In this document: piece after piece, positions 28,163 to 38,825 of the stretch
Layout: each line of letters opens with the position of its first letter
Position numbering within the stretch: the stretch's first letter is position 1
IMG/VR virus record: IMGVR_UViG_3300044695_006284
Location: 34,134 to 98,133 of that record
Length of the DNA: 64,000 nt
DNA from: a virus
Reading direction: 5' to 3' (one strand)
The notes under the pieces: generated by a model
Told to the model about the DNA's origin: nothing
Database searches by the model: none
The model's input: the letters and a program-made list of their open reading frames with translations, nothing else
Translations under genes and position numbers: made by a program

Positions 28163-31100
28163 TATCGGCAAACGCCACAACAACTAATTTACTTAAAAAG
28201 GGTTACTCGATAACAACTTCAGCAGGAGCAACAATTGAGTATAACCTAAACTCAATGGTAGAGTATATATCTGCTACATCCGATGCAATGGAAAATCCAC
28301 ACCCTGTTGCCTTCCAAAAATTATTTCCAATAGATACTATTTATAAACCATTTAGGCCACTGTCTCCAGGAATTAAGTACTTAGTTCATACAACTGGAAA
28401 TACAGATACACCAAACCAATCCTTTGAAGATCCTAGAGGATATTCTATGGGAACAAAACCAAGACTATACTATCCTGGACCAGATATGGTTTATAAGTAT
28501 TGGCTTGCACCTAAAAATAAAAATATTAATATTTCATTAGAATATTTTTCTAATCAGGAAAAAACTACACCCAAGCTAATACCAGCAAACAAAATAATTG
28601 CAAGATTTGAAACAAGTCACGACACTCCAACTTCATGGACAATAACCGCAGTTAAGCAAGATAATACAACCATATCTGATACTGGAACCACACTTGTTAA
28701 CGGAGAAGCATCAATATACTACAATGGTACTACATGGTCAACAACAGAACCTAGTACTTATACAACAACTCAATATTTTAAAAAGATATCTTTATCTGCA
28801 ATAAATTCAAATACTGGAAAGTTTATAGGGGTAATCGAGTTTAGTCCTAGATGGGTACTTCCACTTGATTCAGATGTAGTTTCATTTTTAATTAACAAAG
28901 AAACAACATCAGACGATTCCTCTATTGTTCCAGTAGGAATAATAACTGCAAACTATTTAAGCTTATCTATAAATAAACCTCATTCTGAATCTGGGAAATT
29001 AATTGTTGAGTATGACAGATCATCCTCTACAATTGATAATACTAAAATTTATTTAGTTAAAAATTCAGTTATTAAGCCATATGTATTTATCGGAGACGGA
29101 TCATCTTCTGAAAAAATTGTTCAAGGATTTTTTTATGTAAGTTCATGGTCACTATCAGAATTTGGAGAAGCTGCAATAGACGCTACAGATGCAGCAAAAA
29201 TATTGCAGGATACAATGTGTCCTCAGATATTGGTTGAAGATTCTCCAGTAACCTCAATAATTAAAAGAGTGTTAGATTCTGTTGGATTTTCTACATATAA
29301 GATTAATATAAAAGAAATTAATAATCAAGATAGATCAATACCCACACTATCATACTGGTGGACAGATGGGGACAAAACAGTTTGGGAAGTTCTTCAAGAG
29401 CTCTGTAGAGATATACAAATGAACGCTGTTGTTAATGAAAATAATATTTTAAACTTTTACAGCAGAGAGTTCATGTATGATAAAACAAAAGATGCAGTGT
29501 GGACATTTACTAGCGAAGATATAAAAAATGGTGCAGATTTAGTATACGCACCCAATATACAATCTTTAACAACAAAAGAGCTTTTTTCTGCAAATCAGGT
29601 TAGGGTTAGGTACTCCACAGCATTTGAGTCTTTAAATAGCGAATCTTCCTCACCGCTTTGGAAGTCTGAAACTTCATTTTTAGGAGCTGGAGCATTAGCA
29701 AAACCAATAACACTTTCCAGTACAGACTTCGAGCTTAATCCAAATACTGTAAATACGGCAAGAGTTGATAGAATTATGGATCAATTTAACGGATATGTTT
29801 TAATTAATGGAGAGGTTATCGAATACGATGGTGTGTGGTATGAGTATCTTCCAAAAGAGGCGGACCCAGCAACTGATGACTTTGAGCAAGTTTTAATTAA
29901 AAGCCAATCAGATATTTGGAGATACTCAACTTTAGCTAAGCCAGGGTATAAGTATTTTAAGCCATTAAATAAATATAATATTAAAAAAAGAGGAGCCCTT
30001 AATACAGCACCGACTTCACACTCAGTCGCACCAAGCTCATACATAAATGATAAAAATAAAAGTGAAAACAATCCAAACAAGTTTAACATGTTTAAGCTTA
30101 CATTGGCAACACCAGATACTGCACAATCTAAATCTGGATCTGGAAACTATTATATTGAAAATAGTTTTGATGGTGAAACAATCAAAACAGGATTTTTAGC
30201 AATCTCTAACCTAGACAAAGATAAAAAAAGTTTTGATATTGCTGTTAAGGAATTTAATTCAATAGATACATCTAAGCAACACTTTTCTTTTGGCACAAGA
30301 ATGTTTTTCGACAGTCGTTTAAATACTCAAGAACAGGTGGGTGGGATAGGATTTTCTTTGGATTCTAGTGGTAAAAACGGATACTACCTTTTGGTAAGAA
30401 CAACAGCATTTGCTGGGTTACAAAAAGATATTATGCTCGTTAAAATTAATAATAACAAGCTTACAGTTTTAAAAGATAGCCAACAAGTCTCTACAAGAAC
30501 AATAGCTGGAATAGAAGCTGGAGAAGAGTACGGAATTGACATATTCGTTAAAAAAACTGGCGTTCTTAAAACTGAAATAACAGTTTTTATAAACGGATTT
30601 AGAATAGAGGCAACTGATTCTGGATCAGACTCTTTCAATACATACATACCTCCAGTACCATTTAGTAAAAATGTTGGACTGCATTGCGGTCAGGGTGTTG
30701 CCTATTTTGAGTATGTTTATGCAGATACAATTTCTGAAGAGCTTTATTTAAAAAATAAAGATCGTTCATCTTATGAGCATAACGGAGTATATTCAGATGA
30801 CACAGTTTCAATGTTGTATGGAGAAATTTTTTATAAAGATAGCAATACATCTGCACGTGCAGATAACACTGGACCAGTTTTTGAATTTGGAACTACAGCT
30901 AGAGAAATTAGAAAAACAAAAGTTTCATATGATGATAGGCCAGCAAAGCCACTTACATTTAGAACTGCTTTAAATAAATATGTAACTCTTTTAGATCAAA
31001 AGCTCCAGCCATTTGGAGCAGAATCATATGTATTAAACAATAGCTCAAATACAATATCTCTAGATGATAACAACAGTAAAAGCTTTTATGTTTTGGGAAA

Positions 31101-31431
31101 TTCGATTCGGCGCTCTGGCGTTATTGATTACGATACAGACCAGTCAGAAGACTCTGCAAACAAAGAATTTGTGGTGTTCGAATCAACCTGGATTCAATCG
31201 GGGGAGGACGCAAAAGAGCTTGCTGATTGGATAAAGTCAAGTATACTCAACAAGGGAAGGTTTGTTGATATAACTATTTTTGGTAACCCATTAATATCGG
31301 CAGGTGATATAGTTAGAGTTAACTATCCAATATTAGGAATTACAGAGTTAGGCGATAAATATATAGTATCAAGATGCACGTTAGAATATAGGGAAGGACT
31401 TACCACCTCAATTTTGTGTAGAGCAATCTAA
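28159..31431 (+). CDS. Large minor tail/baseplate hub protein
   Basis: TVWEVLQELCRD, ITIFGNPLISAGDIV..YP hub-like C-terminus; synteny. Confidence 0.7.
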   Translation: MISANATTTNLLKKGYSITTSAGATIEYNLNSMVEYISATSDAMENPHPVAFQKLFPIDTIYKPFRPLSPGIKYLVHTTGNTDTPNQSFEDPRGYSMGTKPRLYYPGPDMVYKYWLAPKNKNINISLEYFSNQEKTTPKLIPANKIIARFETSHDTPTSWTITAVKQDNTTISDTGTTLVNGEASIYYNGTTWSTTEPSTYTTTQYFKKISLSAINSNTGKFIGVIEFSPRWVLPLDSDVVSFLINKETTSDDSSIVPVGIITANYLSLSINKPHSESGKLIVEYDRSSSTIDNTKIYLVKNSVIKPYVFIGDGSSSEKIVQGFFYVSSWSLSEFGEAAIDATDAAKILQDTMCPQILVEDSPVTSIIKRVLDSVGFSTYKINIKEINNQDRSIPTLSYWWTDGDKTVWEVLQELCRDIQMNAVVNENNILNFYSREFMYDKTKDAVWTFTSEDIKNGADLVYAPNIQSLTTKELFSANQVRVRYSTAFESLNSESSSPLWKSETSFLGAGALAKPITLSSTDFELNPNTVNTARVDRIMDQFNGYVLINGEVIEYDGVWYEYLPKEADPATDDFEQVLIKSQSDIWRYSTLAKPGYKYFKPLNKYNIKKRGALNTAPTSHSVAPSSYINDKNKSENNPNKFNMFKLTLATPDTAQSKSGSGNYYIENSFDGETIKTGFLAISNLDKDKKSFDIAVKEFNSIDTSKQHFSFGTRMFFDSRLNTQEQVGGIGFSLDSSGKNGYYLLVRTTAFAGLQKDIMLVKINNNKLTVLKDSQQVSTRTIAGIEAGEEYGIDIFVKKTGVLKTEITVFINGFRIEATDSGSDSFNTYIPPVPFSKNVGLHCGQGVAYFEYVYADTISEELYLKNKDRSSYEHNGVYSDDTVSMLYGEIFYKDSNTSARADNTGPVFEFGTTAREIRKTKVSYDDRPAKPLTFRTALNKYVTLLDQKLQPFGAESYVLNNSSNTISLDDNNSKSFYVLGNSIRRSGVIDYDTDQSEDSANKEFVVFESTWIQSGEDAKELADWIKSSILNKGRFVDITIFGNPLISAGDIVRVNYPILGITELGDKYIVSRCTLEYREGLTTSILCRAI

Positions 31432-31439
31432 CAGTGAAA

Positions 31440-31448
31440 TGGTATAAT
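31440..31448 (+). promoter_or_regulatory. Extended -10 promoter, probable leaderless transcript
   Basis: TGGTATAAT ends 6 nt before ATG 31455. Confidence 0.65.
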
Positions 31449-31454
31449 AAATAA

Positions 31455-31775
31455 ATGGGAATTCAATCAGGAAAAATATCAGTAATATACGACGACGACC
31501 CTCGCCTTGCCGCCGTATGGAAAGGCAAGCCTCAAGAAACCACAGAAATAGAAGACGCACGTTTTGGCGGCGGTGATGGCGGTGGAGAAGATCCAAGGCA
31601 GGCAGATAGACCACAACGTAGTGATATCGTTTTTAAAGGTTCTGAAACCTACGACGACGACTTTGGAATTAAAAAAGCAAAAGCAAGGTTTAGAATCTAT
31701 AATTCATCAACAGAAAAGATTGACGGATTCTCATTTGCTTTAACTAAGCCAGACGCACAGGGAGGAAGACCATGA
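31455..31775 (+). CDS. Hypothetical tail-region protein
   Basis: 106-aa ORF, ATGA overlap with the next gene. Confidence 0.65.
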   Translation: MGIQSGKISVIYDDDPRLAAVWKGKPQETTEIEDARFGGGDGGGEDPRQADRPQRSDIVFKGSETYDDDFGIKKAKARFRIYNSSTEKIDGFSFALTKPDAQGGRP

Positions 31776-32638
31776 TAACAAAGTTCGGAAAAAGATTTTT
31801 AACAAGCTATATTGCAGGAACCTCCTCATTGGATTCAAAAGAAATGGCGATAGGTATTGCAAATGGATCAGCTTTAGAGTATCCATTATCTGATACAAAC
31901 TCAAGACTAGGTTTTGAATTCTATAGAGTTCCAATTAGGCAGGGCGGAATAGATATAGACACATCCGTATCTCCAATAAAATATACTGTTATATACTCGG
32001 CCACACTTCCTACAAATATTGCAGGTAAGATTAATGAGATTGGAATATATTCTGGGCAATCTAACTCAAAAAATCTTTATTCAAGCCAGTTTCTTTCAAA
32101 TTTTGAATTACCATATGAGTGGACTCCAGAGCCAGCACTAGATCAAATTAATAGTAGAGTTTTAGATAGCTCATTAATATTTACTTCAAACTCAACTTCT
32201 CCACGAGAATACACATACCCTTTGACAAGTTTAGATATTTCTGGATACAACCCATTAGATACAATGTGTCTTTCATACAAAGTAAACGATGCAAATCTAT
32301 CTTCTATAAAAGTTAGACTATACAGTTCTGATTCAGACTACATTCAATTTATTTTTTCTGGACATGTCGTAGGAAACAATATTAAATCTTTGTATATGTC
32401 TGATGCTACAACATCAGGAACATTTAATTCTCAAAGCGTTAACAAGTTAGGAATAACAATTACGCCAACTTCGGCTCAAACATCTGTATCTATGGATGCT
32501 CTTAGAATAAATGACGAAGACACCTTCGATCCACAATATGGATTAATTGCTAGATCTATACTAACATCAGAAATGGTTAAGGTGCTTGGAAGAGAAGCAT
32601 CTATAGAGTTTAAACTAGACTTGTCGTTTGGAAGTTAG
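31772..32638 (+). CDS. Minor tail protein
   Basis: MITKFGKRFL..YIAG, AGKINEIGIY pattern typical of tail collar/fibre-attachment proteins. Confidence 0.6.
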   Translation: MITKFGKRFLTSYIAGTSSLDSKEMAIGIANGSALEYPLSDTNSRLGFEFYRVPIRQGGIDIDTSVSPIKYTVIYSATLPTNIAGKINEIGIYSGQSNSKNLYSSQFLSNFELPYEWTPEPALDQINSRVLDSSLIFTSNSTSPREYTYPLTSLDISGYNPLDTMCLSYKVNDANLSSIKVRLYSSDSDYIQFIFSGHVVGNNIKSLYMSDATTSGTFNSQSVNKLGITITPTSAQTSVSMDALRINDEDTFDPQYGLIARSILTSEMVKVLGREASIEFKLDLSFGS

Positions 32639-32640
32639 CA

Positions 32641-34725
32641 ATGGCTGGCAGATATGAAGATTTAGGAATTACTCAATCCAGAGATGGAGATTACTTTGAC
32701 ATTGTTGTTACAAATTTAGATATAAGTACAGAGTATAATCTTCAAGCAGCATGGGTGTATACAGACAAAACTTTAGGACTCAGTGAGTACTCAGACCGCT
32801 ATACATTTGTAACAGCTGGAGAGCAGCCATTAAATAAGCCAAGATTTTTGCAATCAGATTTAACTACACAATTAAATGCACTTATTGTAAATTGGTCTGG
32901 ATTAGATTATCTCGGATCTGCTTATCCAAAAAGCTTTGCACGAGTGGATGTTTTTGTAAAGGGTGGTACTTTTGGAAATGATTATGTTTTAGCAACAAGC
33001 TTTTTTAAAGCTGGCAAAAAAACAATTATTGCTCAATCAGGTTCATATTCTGTAAAGTTAAGAGCTGTGAGCAATCTTGGAACACCATCGGATTTTAGTG
33101 ATGAGTGGTCTGTAAATACATCTGACCCATCAGAAATTATTGAACCACCAACGCTTCCAATTGGTCTATCTGTATCCCCAGCACCGTTTGGAATCTCCGT
33201 AAATTGGGGAGGAGCATACCAAGCAAACGATCCTTTTTCTGGATTTAAAACAATTGAAGTTTATGCAACAACAAACGCTGGTCTTGGCGCTAGTACAACT
33301 ACAGCATTTGCAAGCTCAGCATTGGTGGCAAACCTAACAGTAACACAATCTTTAAACAGACAAAATGTTGGAATTGATAATCTTAAGCAAGCACTTGGTC
33401 TAGCCACATCAGAATTAGTTTATGCTGCTAACATTTATTTTTATTACATAGCGTATAATAAAAATAACGAGCCTTACAAAGTTTCAGGAGTTCCAACCTA
33501 CACACGGATTAGCGCAACACCACTGTCTCCAACTAAAGCTAATCTAATTGATTTAGAAAACGGAATAATATCAATTGAGAATCTTGTTGCTGGAAATGGA
33601 AAGTTTACTTCATGGCTAAGAGCAGGATCTGATACAGGCGGGGCTAGAATAGAGTTAAATGGTGGAAGCACATTCCCAGACGGCACAACTGGAAGATCTG
33701 TCTATGACGGGTTTACAGTTTATAATTCTGCCAACAGCCCAATATTTAGAGCAAGCACAACAAGCGGTACAGTTCTTTTTGGAGGTCTTGCTCCATCAGA
33801 TATCACAGATATACAATCAAAGGTTACAACTAAGACACAGGTTTTTAGGCAGGCAACAGTTCCAACATCCGTAGCGGTGGGAGACCTTTGGATAAACACA
33901 GAAGACAGTGCTATCGGAAGAAATACAATTTATATTGCCACCTCAGTTGGAGCAAATTCAATAACAGCTACTGGCTGGGTTGTTGCAAAAGATTTAGATA
34001 TCTCAAAAGCATTACTTCAATCTGGAGGGTTTGATTCAAATGGAAATGTAATTAGGGCTATTCAAATTCCAGTTCCAAATGGAACTTCAGCTGGATCAAT
34101 TTATTCTGTAAAAAGTTCATATGGCGCACCAAACCTTCCAGGTTGGTTTTTAGGCTGGAGCGGGCCTTCAGCAAATAGCGTTCCAGTTATGGACATAGGA
34201 AATGATAATGCTTATCTTAGATGGAACGGGTTAGAGCTGGAAGTAAAAGGAAAAATATCCGCAACAACTGGATATATTGGTGATCCTACTGATGGATGGT
34301 CGATTGGAGATATTAGCGGAACTGGCATATATGGAATAAGTTCTTATGATGGTAGCATGGAACTGTCAACTGGTTTTGGAGGACTTGCAATGTTCAGAGT
34401 TGGAAATAACTATTTAACTGCACTTAATGGTTATTTAAGTTTATCCGAATATGTTTCTGGAACATATAGAGATATTCTTACTACATCTGGTGTTGACAGT
34501 TTTGACGGAGGAAAGATATACTTGGGAGACTATATTGCAGGAGTCGGCGGAAGATCTGTGTATGTTAAAAAATCTGCACAAGTTGCTGGAGGTACAGAAA
34601 ATGCTAACTCTGGCGGACTAAGAAATATGTTTACAGCAACAACAACTCTCTACAATACAGTAGGTGCTGGATCTATTTATAGCGGAGCTCTCAACGGAGA
34701 TGTTCTTTTAGTCTATACGCCATAG
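32641..34725 (+). CDS. Fibronectin-III-containing tail protein
   Basis: YSVKLRAVSNLGTPSDFS, PTSVAVGDLWINT, YLRWNGLEL, ISATTGYIG. Confidence 0.7.
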   Translation: MAGRYEDLGITQSRDGDYFDIVVTNLDISTEYNLQAAWVYTDKTLGLSEYSDRYTFVTAGEQPLNKPRFLQSDLTTQLNALIVNWSGLDYLGSAYPKSFARVDVFVKGGTFGNDYVLATSFFKAGKKTIIAQSGSYSVKLRAVSNLGTPSDFSDEWSVNTSDPSEIIEPPTLPIGLSVSPAPFGISVNWGGAYQANDPFSGFKTIEVYATTNAGLGASTTTAFASSALVANLTVTQSLNRQNVGIDNLKQALGLATSELVYAANIYFYYIAYNKNNEPYKVSGVPTYTRISATPLSPTKANLIDLENGIISIENLVAGNGKFTSWLRAGSDTGGARIELNGGSTFPDGTTGRSVYDGFTVYNSANSPIFRASTTSGTVLFGGLAPSDITDIQSKVTTKTQVFRQATVPTSVAVGDLWINTEDSAIGRNTIYIATSVGANSITATGWVVAKDLDISKALLQSGGFDSNGNVIRAIQIPVPNGTSAGSIYSVKSSYGAPNLPGWFLGWSGPSANSVPVMDIGNDNAYLRWNGLELEVKGKISATTGYIGDPTDGWSIGDISGTGIYGISSYDGSMELSTGFGGLAMFRVGNNYLTALNGYLSLSEYVSGTYRDILTTSGVDSFDGGKIYLGDYIAGVGGRSVYVKKSAQVAGGTENANSGGLRNMFTATTTLYNTVGAGSIYSGALNGDVLLVYTP

Positions 34726-34733
34726 GATAATCA

Positions 34734-37700
34734 ATGAGTATTCAGTTAAGATCTGGCAGCCTTTGGAAAAACGTATCTTCAATTAAATTACGTGTTGGAG
34801 GATTATGGAAAGATGTTTCTAGCGCCTATTTAAGAAGCGGCGGAGCCTGGAAGTTTTTATTTAGTAGCGCATTAACTCCATCAATTCAAACAAGAGTAAC
34901 TATTGCATTAAGCGGCGGGATAAATGCTTCTAGTAATATAATGAATGACTCCAATCCTGTTACAATAACATCAACAAGATTTCATTGGGAAGACGCAAAT
35001 GGATACACATACGTCTGGCAAAAATCTCCAGATAATTCAAATTGGGAAAATATTGGAACAGCCCAAGCTACAACAAACCCAGCATCTGGATCTTCATCTT
35101 CCTCACTTGCATTAACACTTTCTCCATCTTACTTTACATCTGGCCCAGACATGTATTTTAGATTTTCATACAGGGCAACAAATTCTACATACGGTACAAG
35201 TGCAAGTTCTGAAAGCTTATCTAAATTAGTTTCATATTATGGAACACCTGTACCAATAGGACAATCACCTTCAATTACTGGAAGCACAGTAGTTGGAAAT
35301 ACTGCATTTGCAAATATCGGTACATGGACAAACTCTCCAACATCCTATGACTATAACGTTTTTTATACAAGTGGATTAAGCGTATACCCTTTAACTTATG
35401 CTGGAGTTAAGTCTGTTTCAAGTAAATTTTTATCAGGATTCTCAGCAGCACTTGTAACATCTTCTGCCCATGGATATAAAACAAATGATACAGTAGTAGT
35501 TTCTGGAATGGACTCTTTATTTAATGGGTCACATACTATAACTGCTAGAACAAACAGTACAATATTTTTTACTTTACCGACACCAACAGCATTTTCTATT
35601 ACAAGTTCAGTTGTATCTGGAACATTCCGTTCATTTAATGGAAATGCATACAGAGCTATATCCAACCTAGACACTTCAACTGCATGGACAGATGCTGGTA
35701 CAGGATATTCTGTTGGAGATAACGTTTACTATAATTCAAATAGATACCGTGCAAACTCATCGCTATCTAGTGTTTCAGCATATAGTGGTGGAACATTTTA
35801 TTCTGTTGGCCAAATAGTTTATGCCAACAACAATAGATATCAGTCAAAAACTAGCGGTAATCAAGGAAACTCTTTTACAAATACAACATACTGGACTAAT
35901 TTAGGAAGCTTTGCCCCTGGAGTAAACTCAATGTGGACAAGTGTAATGCCCAGCAACACTTCATTTTGGACGCTACAATCTTTTTCAGATGAACCAGCTT
36001 CTGGAACAACAACTGCCCCAAATTATTATGAGGGTACTGTTTCAAGTAGTACATCAATACCAATACCTATAACAACATTTGATTATAAACAGGGTATAGA
36101 TTTAAGAGGAGCAACAACTAGTGGATCGGGTGCAGTTTTAAGTTTTGGAGTTAAGGCTTATAATCAGGCTACGCTATCCCCATCTGAATATTTAGGGCAA
36201 GCATTTATATATGGAGTGCCAATTTTATCTATAGGATCAATAACACCATCATATACAACAGCGTCAGTGCCTTTTACATCATCTTATATTTCTGGATACT
36301 TATTAAACCTTTATACTCAGCCATCCATAACCAATGTAATTGGAGGAGCAACTACAGTAACCTACTTTGCTCAAAATACATTTACGTCTGGACAGCAAGT
36401 AACAATAACTGGTGTAAATCCACCTGTATATAATGGTGTTAGAACTATTCAATCAGCAACTACAACATCATTTACAGTTAGTGCCAATATAACTGATTCC
36501 TATATTTCTGGAGGTACAGCAAAAGTTACAGTATCTGGATACCCATTACCAGTTAGTTCTAACGCTTCTCCAAGATCAATAACTGGACTACCACAAGGAA
36601 CTACATACTATTTAGAGATTACTCCATCTAATAATGGAATGACTGGAACAATGCAAACATCTTCATTTACAACACTAATACAGCCAACTATATCTAACAT
36701 ATCGGTTTTTAACTCAACACCATCTCCTTCATCTGCAAGTAGTGTATCCGTATCCAATACGGCTCCATCAAATTCTGGATCTGTTTCATGGATAAATGGT
36801 GCAAATACATCCTTTGCTAATTTAAGATCGGTAACTGGATCTGGATCACTATCAACACAGTCAGACCCAACATCTTTATCAACTACTGGAAGCTTTACTG
36901 TTATATCTACAGGAACAGCAAATGCAACAATTAGAGCAATTAATAACAATAAAAGAGTAAGTGTTACTTGGTCTCAAACAAATGCACAAAGTTATACAAT
37001 AGATTACGCTATAGCTGGAGCTGGACCAGCACCTCTACTGAATGGAAATTCAAGTGATTCTAATCCAGTTGTTCAGTTATTTTCTGATTCAGTAGCTAGA
37101 CTTGTCACTGTATATAACATTACGGTTTACCCTGGATTGAATCAATCTGGTATTGGTGTAACATTATCTCCGCCATCAAATTCTAACTCTGCAACAGGAG
37201 CAAATAAAACAACAGATACTTCTGAATCTGGCAGTGTTACATATACCCAACCAGCAACTCCTCCATCTGGAGGTAGCGTCTCCGTTAATCCAACAAGTGG
37301 AACTGCTGGCTCAACAACATTTACAGCATCTCCATCTGGCTGGAGTGGGAACCCAACTCCGACATACAGCTATGTTTGGTCGTACCTTAATAATAGTTTT
37401 CAATGGGTATCTGTTGGAACTGGATCAACGTTTACGCCTTCAGTAATTTCACCAACCCCGCTGGATTGGAGAGTTGTTTTGACTGCAACAAACTCTGCTG
37501 GAAGCGCACAAGCAACTGCAAACTTTACTGTTAATAACCCCGCTGTTATACCAACCATAACAATGGGGGCAAACAGCAATGTTACCTCATCTTCTGGAAC
37601 AATCAACTGGACATCAACAAATCAAAATAGTTTTAGTTCTAACGGATCATTTGCATCATCTGGTGGTTCAACCGTACGTTCTATATCAAAAACTGGTCTT

Positions 37701-38156
37701 GCTCCTTCAACAAGATATACTGGAACAGTGACTGTAACATCTTCTACTGGGAATACGGCATCTGCTGATTATGATTTAACAACTTCTGCAGCACCAGTTG
37801 CTTCTGTTTCATCCATAACAGGTTCTACTGGCGGAAGAACTGGCACCACATTTTGGAATGATCCAAAAACTACTATGCGATATACATTTCAAAATGCTAC
37901 ATCTGCTACTGCAAGAATACAAAGATCTGCAGATAACGTAACTTGGACAAGCGGTGCTACAGAATCATTATCAATATCCTCAAATGTGGCAACACAATCA
38001 ACTAACCAGCCCACAGGAAATACATCGGCTTCTGCAAACTTTTATTATCGAGCTCAAGTGATAAGCATAAACGGCACTACTTTGGGTACCCCAATAACAA
38101 GTGCATCTTTTAGAAATACCGTAACGCCAATAAGCAACAGAGCTTTATACCCATAG
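34734..38156 (+). CDS. Ser/Thr-rich tail fibre/adhesin with Ig-like and CBM5/12-like repeats
   Basis: W-K-x-V repeats at the N-terminus, PSITGSTVVG...GTWTNSPTSY Ig-like modules, YSVGDNVYYNSNRYRA-type repeats. Confidence 0.7.
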   Translation: MSIQLRSGSLWKNVSSIKLRVGGLWKDVSSAYLRSGGAWKFLFSSALTPSIQTRVTIALSGGINASSNIMNDSNPVTITSTRFHWEDANGYTYVWQKSPDNSNWENIGTAQATTNPASGSSSSSLALTLSPSYFTSGPDMYFRFSYRATNSTYGTSASSESLSKLVSYYGTPVPIGQSPSITGSTVVGNTAFANIGTWTNSPTSYDYNVFYTSGLSVYPLTYAGVKSVSSKFLSGFSAALVTSSAHGYKTNDTVVVSGMDSLFNGSHTITARTNSTIFFTLPTPTAFSITSSVVSGTFRSFNGNAYRAISNLDTSTAWTDAGTGYSVGDNVYYNSNRYRANSSLSSVSAYSGGTFYSVGQIVYANNNRYQSKTSGNQGNSFTNTTYWTNLGSFAPGVNSMWTSVMPSNTSFWTLQSFSDEPASGTTTAPNYYEGTVSSSTSIPIPITTFDYKQGIDLRGATTSGSGAVLSFGVKAYNQATLSPSEYLGQAFIYGVPILSIGSITPSYTTASVPFTSSYISGYLLNLYTQPSITNVIGGATTVTYFAQNTFTSGQQVTITGVNPPVYNGVRTIQSATTTSFTVSANITDSYISGGTAKVTVSGYPLPVSSNASPRSITGLPQGTTYYLEITPSNNGMTGTMQTSSFTTLIQPTISNISVFNSTPSPSSASSVSVSNTAPSNSGSVSWINGANTSFANLRSVTGSGSLSTQSDPTSLSTTGSFTVISTGTANATIRAINNNKRVSVTWSQTNAQSYTIDYAIAGAGPAPLLNGNSSDSNPVVQLFSDSVARLVTVYNITVYPGLNQSGIGVTLSPPSNSNSATGANKTTDTSESGSVTYTQPATPPSGGSVSVNPTSGTAGSTTFTASPSGWSGNPTPTYSYVWSYLNNSFQWVSVGTGSTFTPSVISPTPLDWRVVLTATNSAGSAQATANFTVNNPAVIPTITMGANSNVTSSSGTINWTSTNQNSFSSNGSFASSGGSTVRSISKTGLAPSTRYTGTVTVTSSTGNTASADYDLTTSAAPVASVSSITGSTGGRTGTTFWNDPKTTMRYTFQNATSATARIQRSADNVTWTSGATESLSISSNVATQSTNQPTGNTSASANFYYRAQVISINGTTLGTPITSASFRNTVTPISNRALYP

Positions 38157-38163
38157 GAGAATA

Positions 38164-38391
38164 ATGACACTTACAATAGAAGAAAAAATAAGAGTAGTAG
38201 AGGATAAAATTCTTGAAGCAGAAAGGGTTATAAGGTATACACGCAACCCTTCAGAAGAAGATATTGATGCCCAAATATTAAATGGAATTAGAGAGCAAAT
38301 AATTGAGCAGGTTATAAGACAAACTCAGGCAATTGAGCTGTTTAATAGTATCCTAAATGATCTAAAAAATGGTATTGACCAAATAGGCTAA
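38164..38391 (+). CDS. Small coiled-coil hypothetical protein
   Basis: AGGAG RBS, helical ORF. Confidence 0.65.
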   Translation: MTLTIEEKIRVVEDKILEAERVIRYTRNPSEEDIDAQILNGIREQIIEQVIRQTQAIELFNSILNDLKNGIDQIG

Positions 38392-38402
38392 TATGCTATA
38401 AT
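38375..38402 (+). promoter_or_regulatory. Sigma70/SigA-type promoter
   Basis: TTGACC-N16-TATAAT with extended TG. Confidence 0.7.
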
Positions 38403-38419
38403 ATGAAAGGAGGAATAAA

Positions 38420-38644
38420 ATGACAACAAATTTAACAAATGAAGAAAAGTCTGCAATTGTAAATCAACATATTAAAAATATTGAGTATTCAATTTACAAC
38501 CTAGAGATTTCAGTTATTGAAGAAGAGGCTGTTTCAAATCCAGACTCTGCAAAGATTTCTAATCTTAATTCTGATATTACAGAGTTGAATGCAAAAAAGG
38601 CGGCTCTTACAGCAGAGCTTGCATTACTTACAGTATCGGAATAA
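38420..38644 (+). CDS. Small coiled-coil hypothetical protein
   Basis: AAGGAGG RBS; N-terminus LTNEEK resembles LTIEEK of the preceding ORF. Confidence 0.75.
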   Translation: MTTNLTNEEKSAIVNQHIKNIEYSIYNLEISVIEEEAVSNPDSAKISNLNSDITELNAKKAALTAELALLTVSE

Positions 38645-38647
38645 ATC

Positions 38648-38824
38648 ATGGCAGATAGATCAGATCTAATTATAGCTGCATTGCAGCAAAGAATGGGTGA
38701 GTTAGTTGTAAACTATGAAACTCAAATTGCTGTATTGCGAGCAGATTTAACAGAGTTAATAAATAAACAAGAAGCACAATATGAATATTCAAAATCAATT
38801 GATGCAAAACTAGAAGAGGTTTAA
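38648..38824 (+). CDS. Small coiled-coil hypothetical protein (58 aa, not in ORF track)
   Basis: MADRSDLIIAALQQRMGELVVNYETQIAVLRADLT...; fills the gap between neighbours. Confidence 0.75.
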   Translation: MADRSDLIIAALQQRMGELVVNYETQIAVLRADLTELINKQEAQYEYSKSIDAKLEEV

Positions 38825-38825
38825 T

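Noticed and set aside
32641-38156. Diversity-generating retroelement or invertible cassette acting on fibre genes
   Set aside because: No reverse transcriptase, invertase or TR/VR repeat pair noticed by eye; a self-alignment would be needed to exclude it fully.
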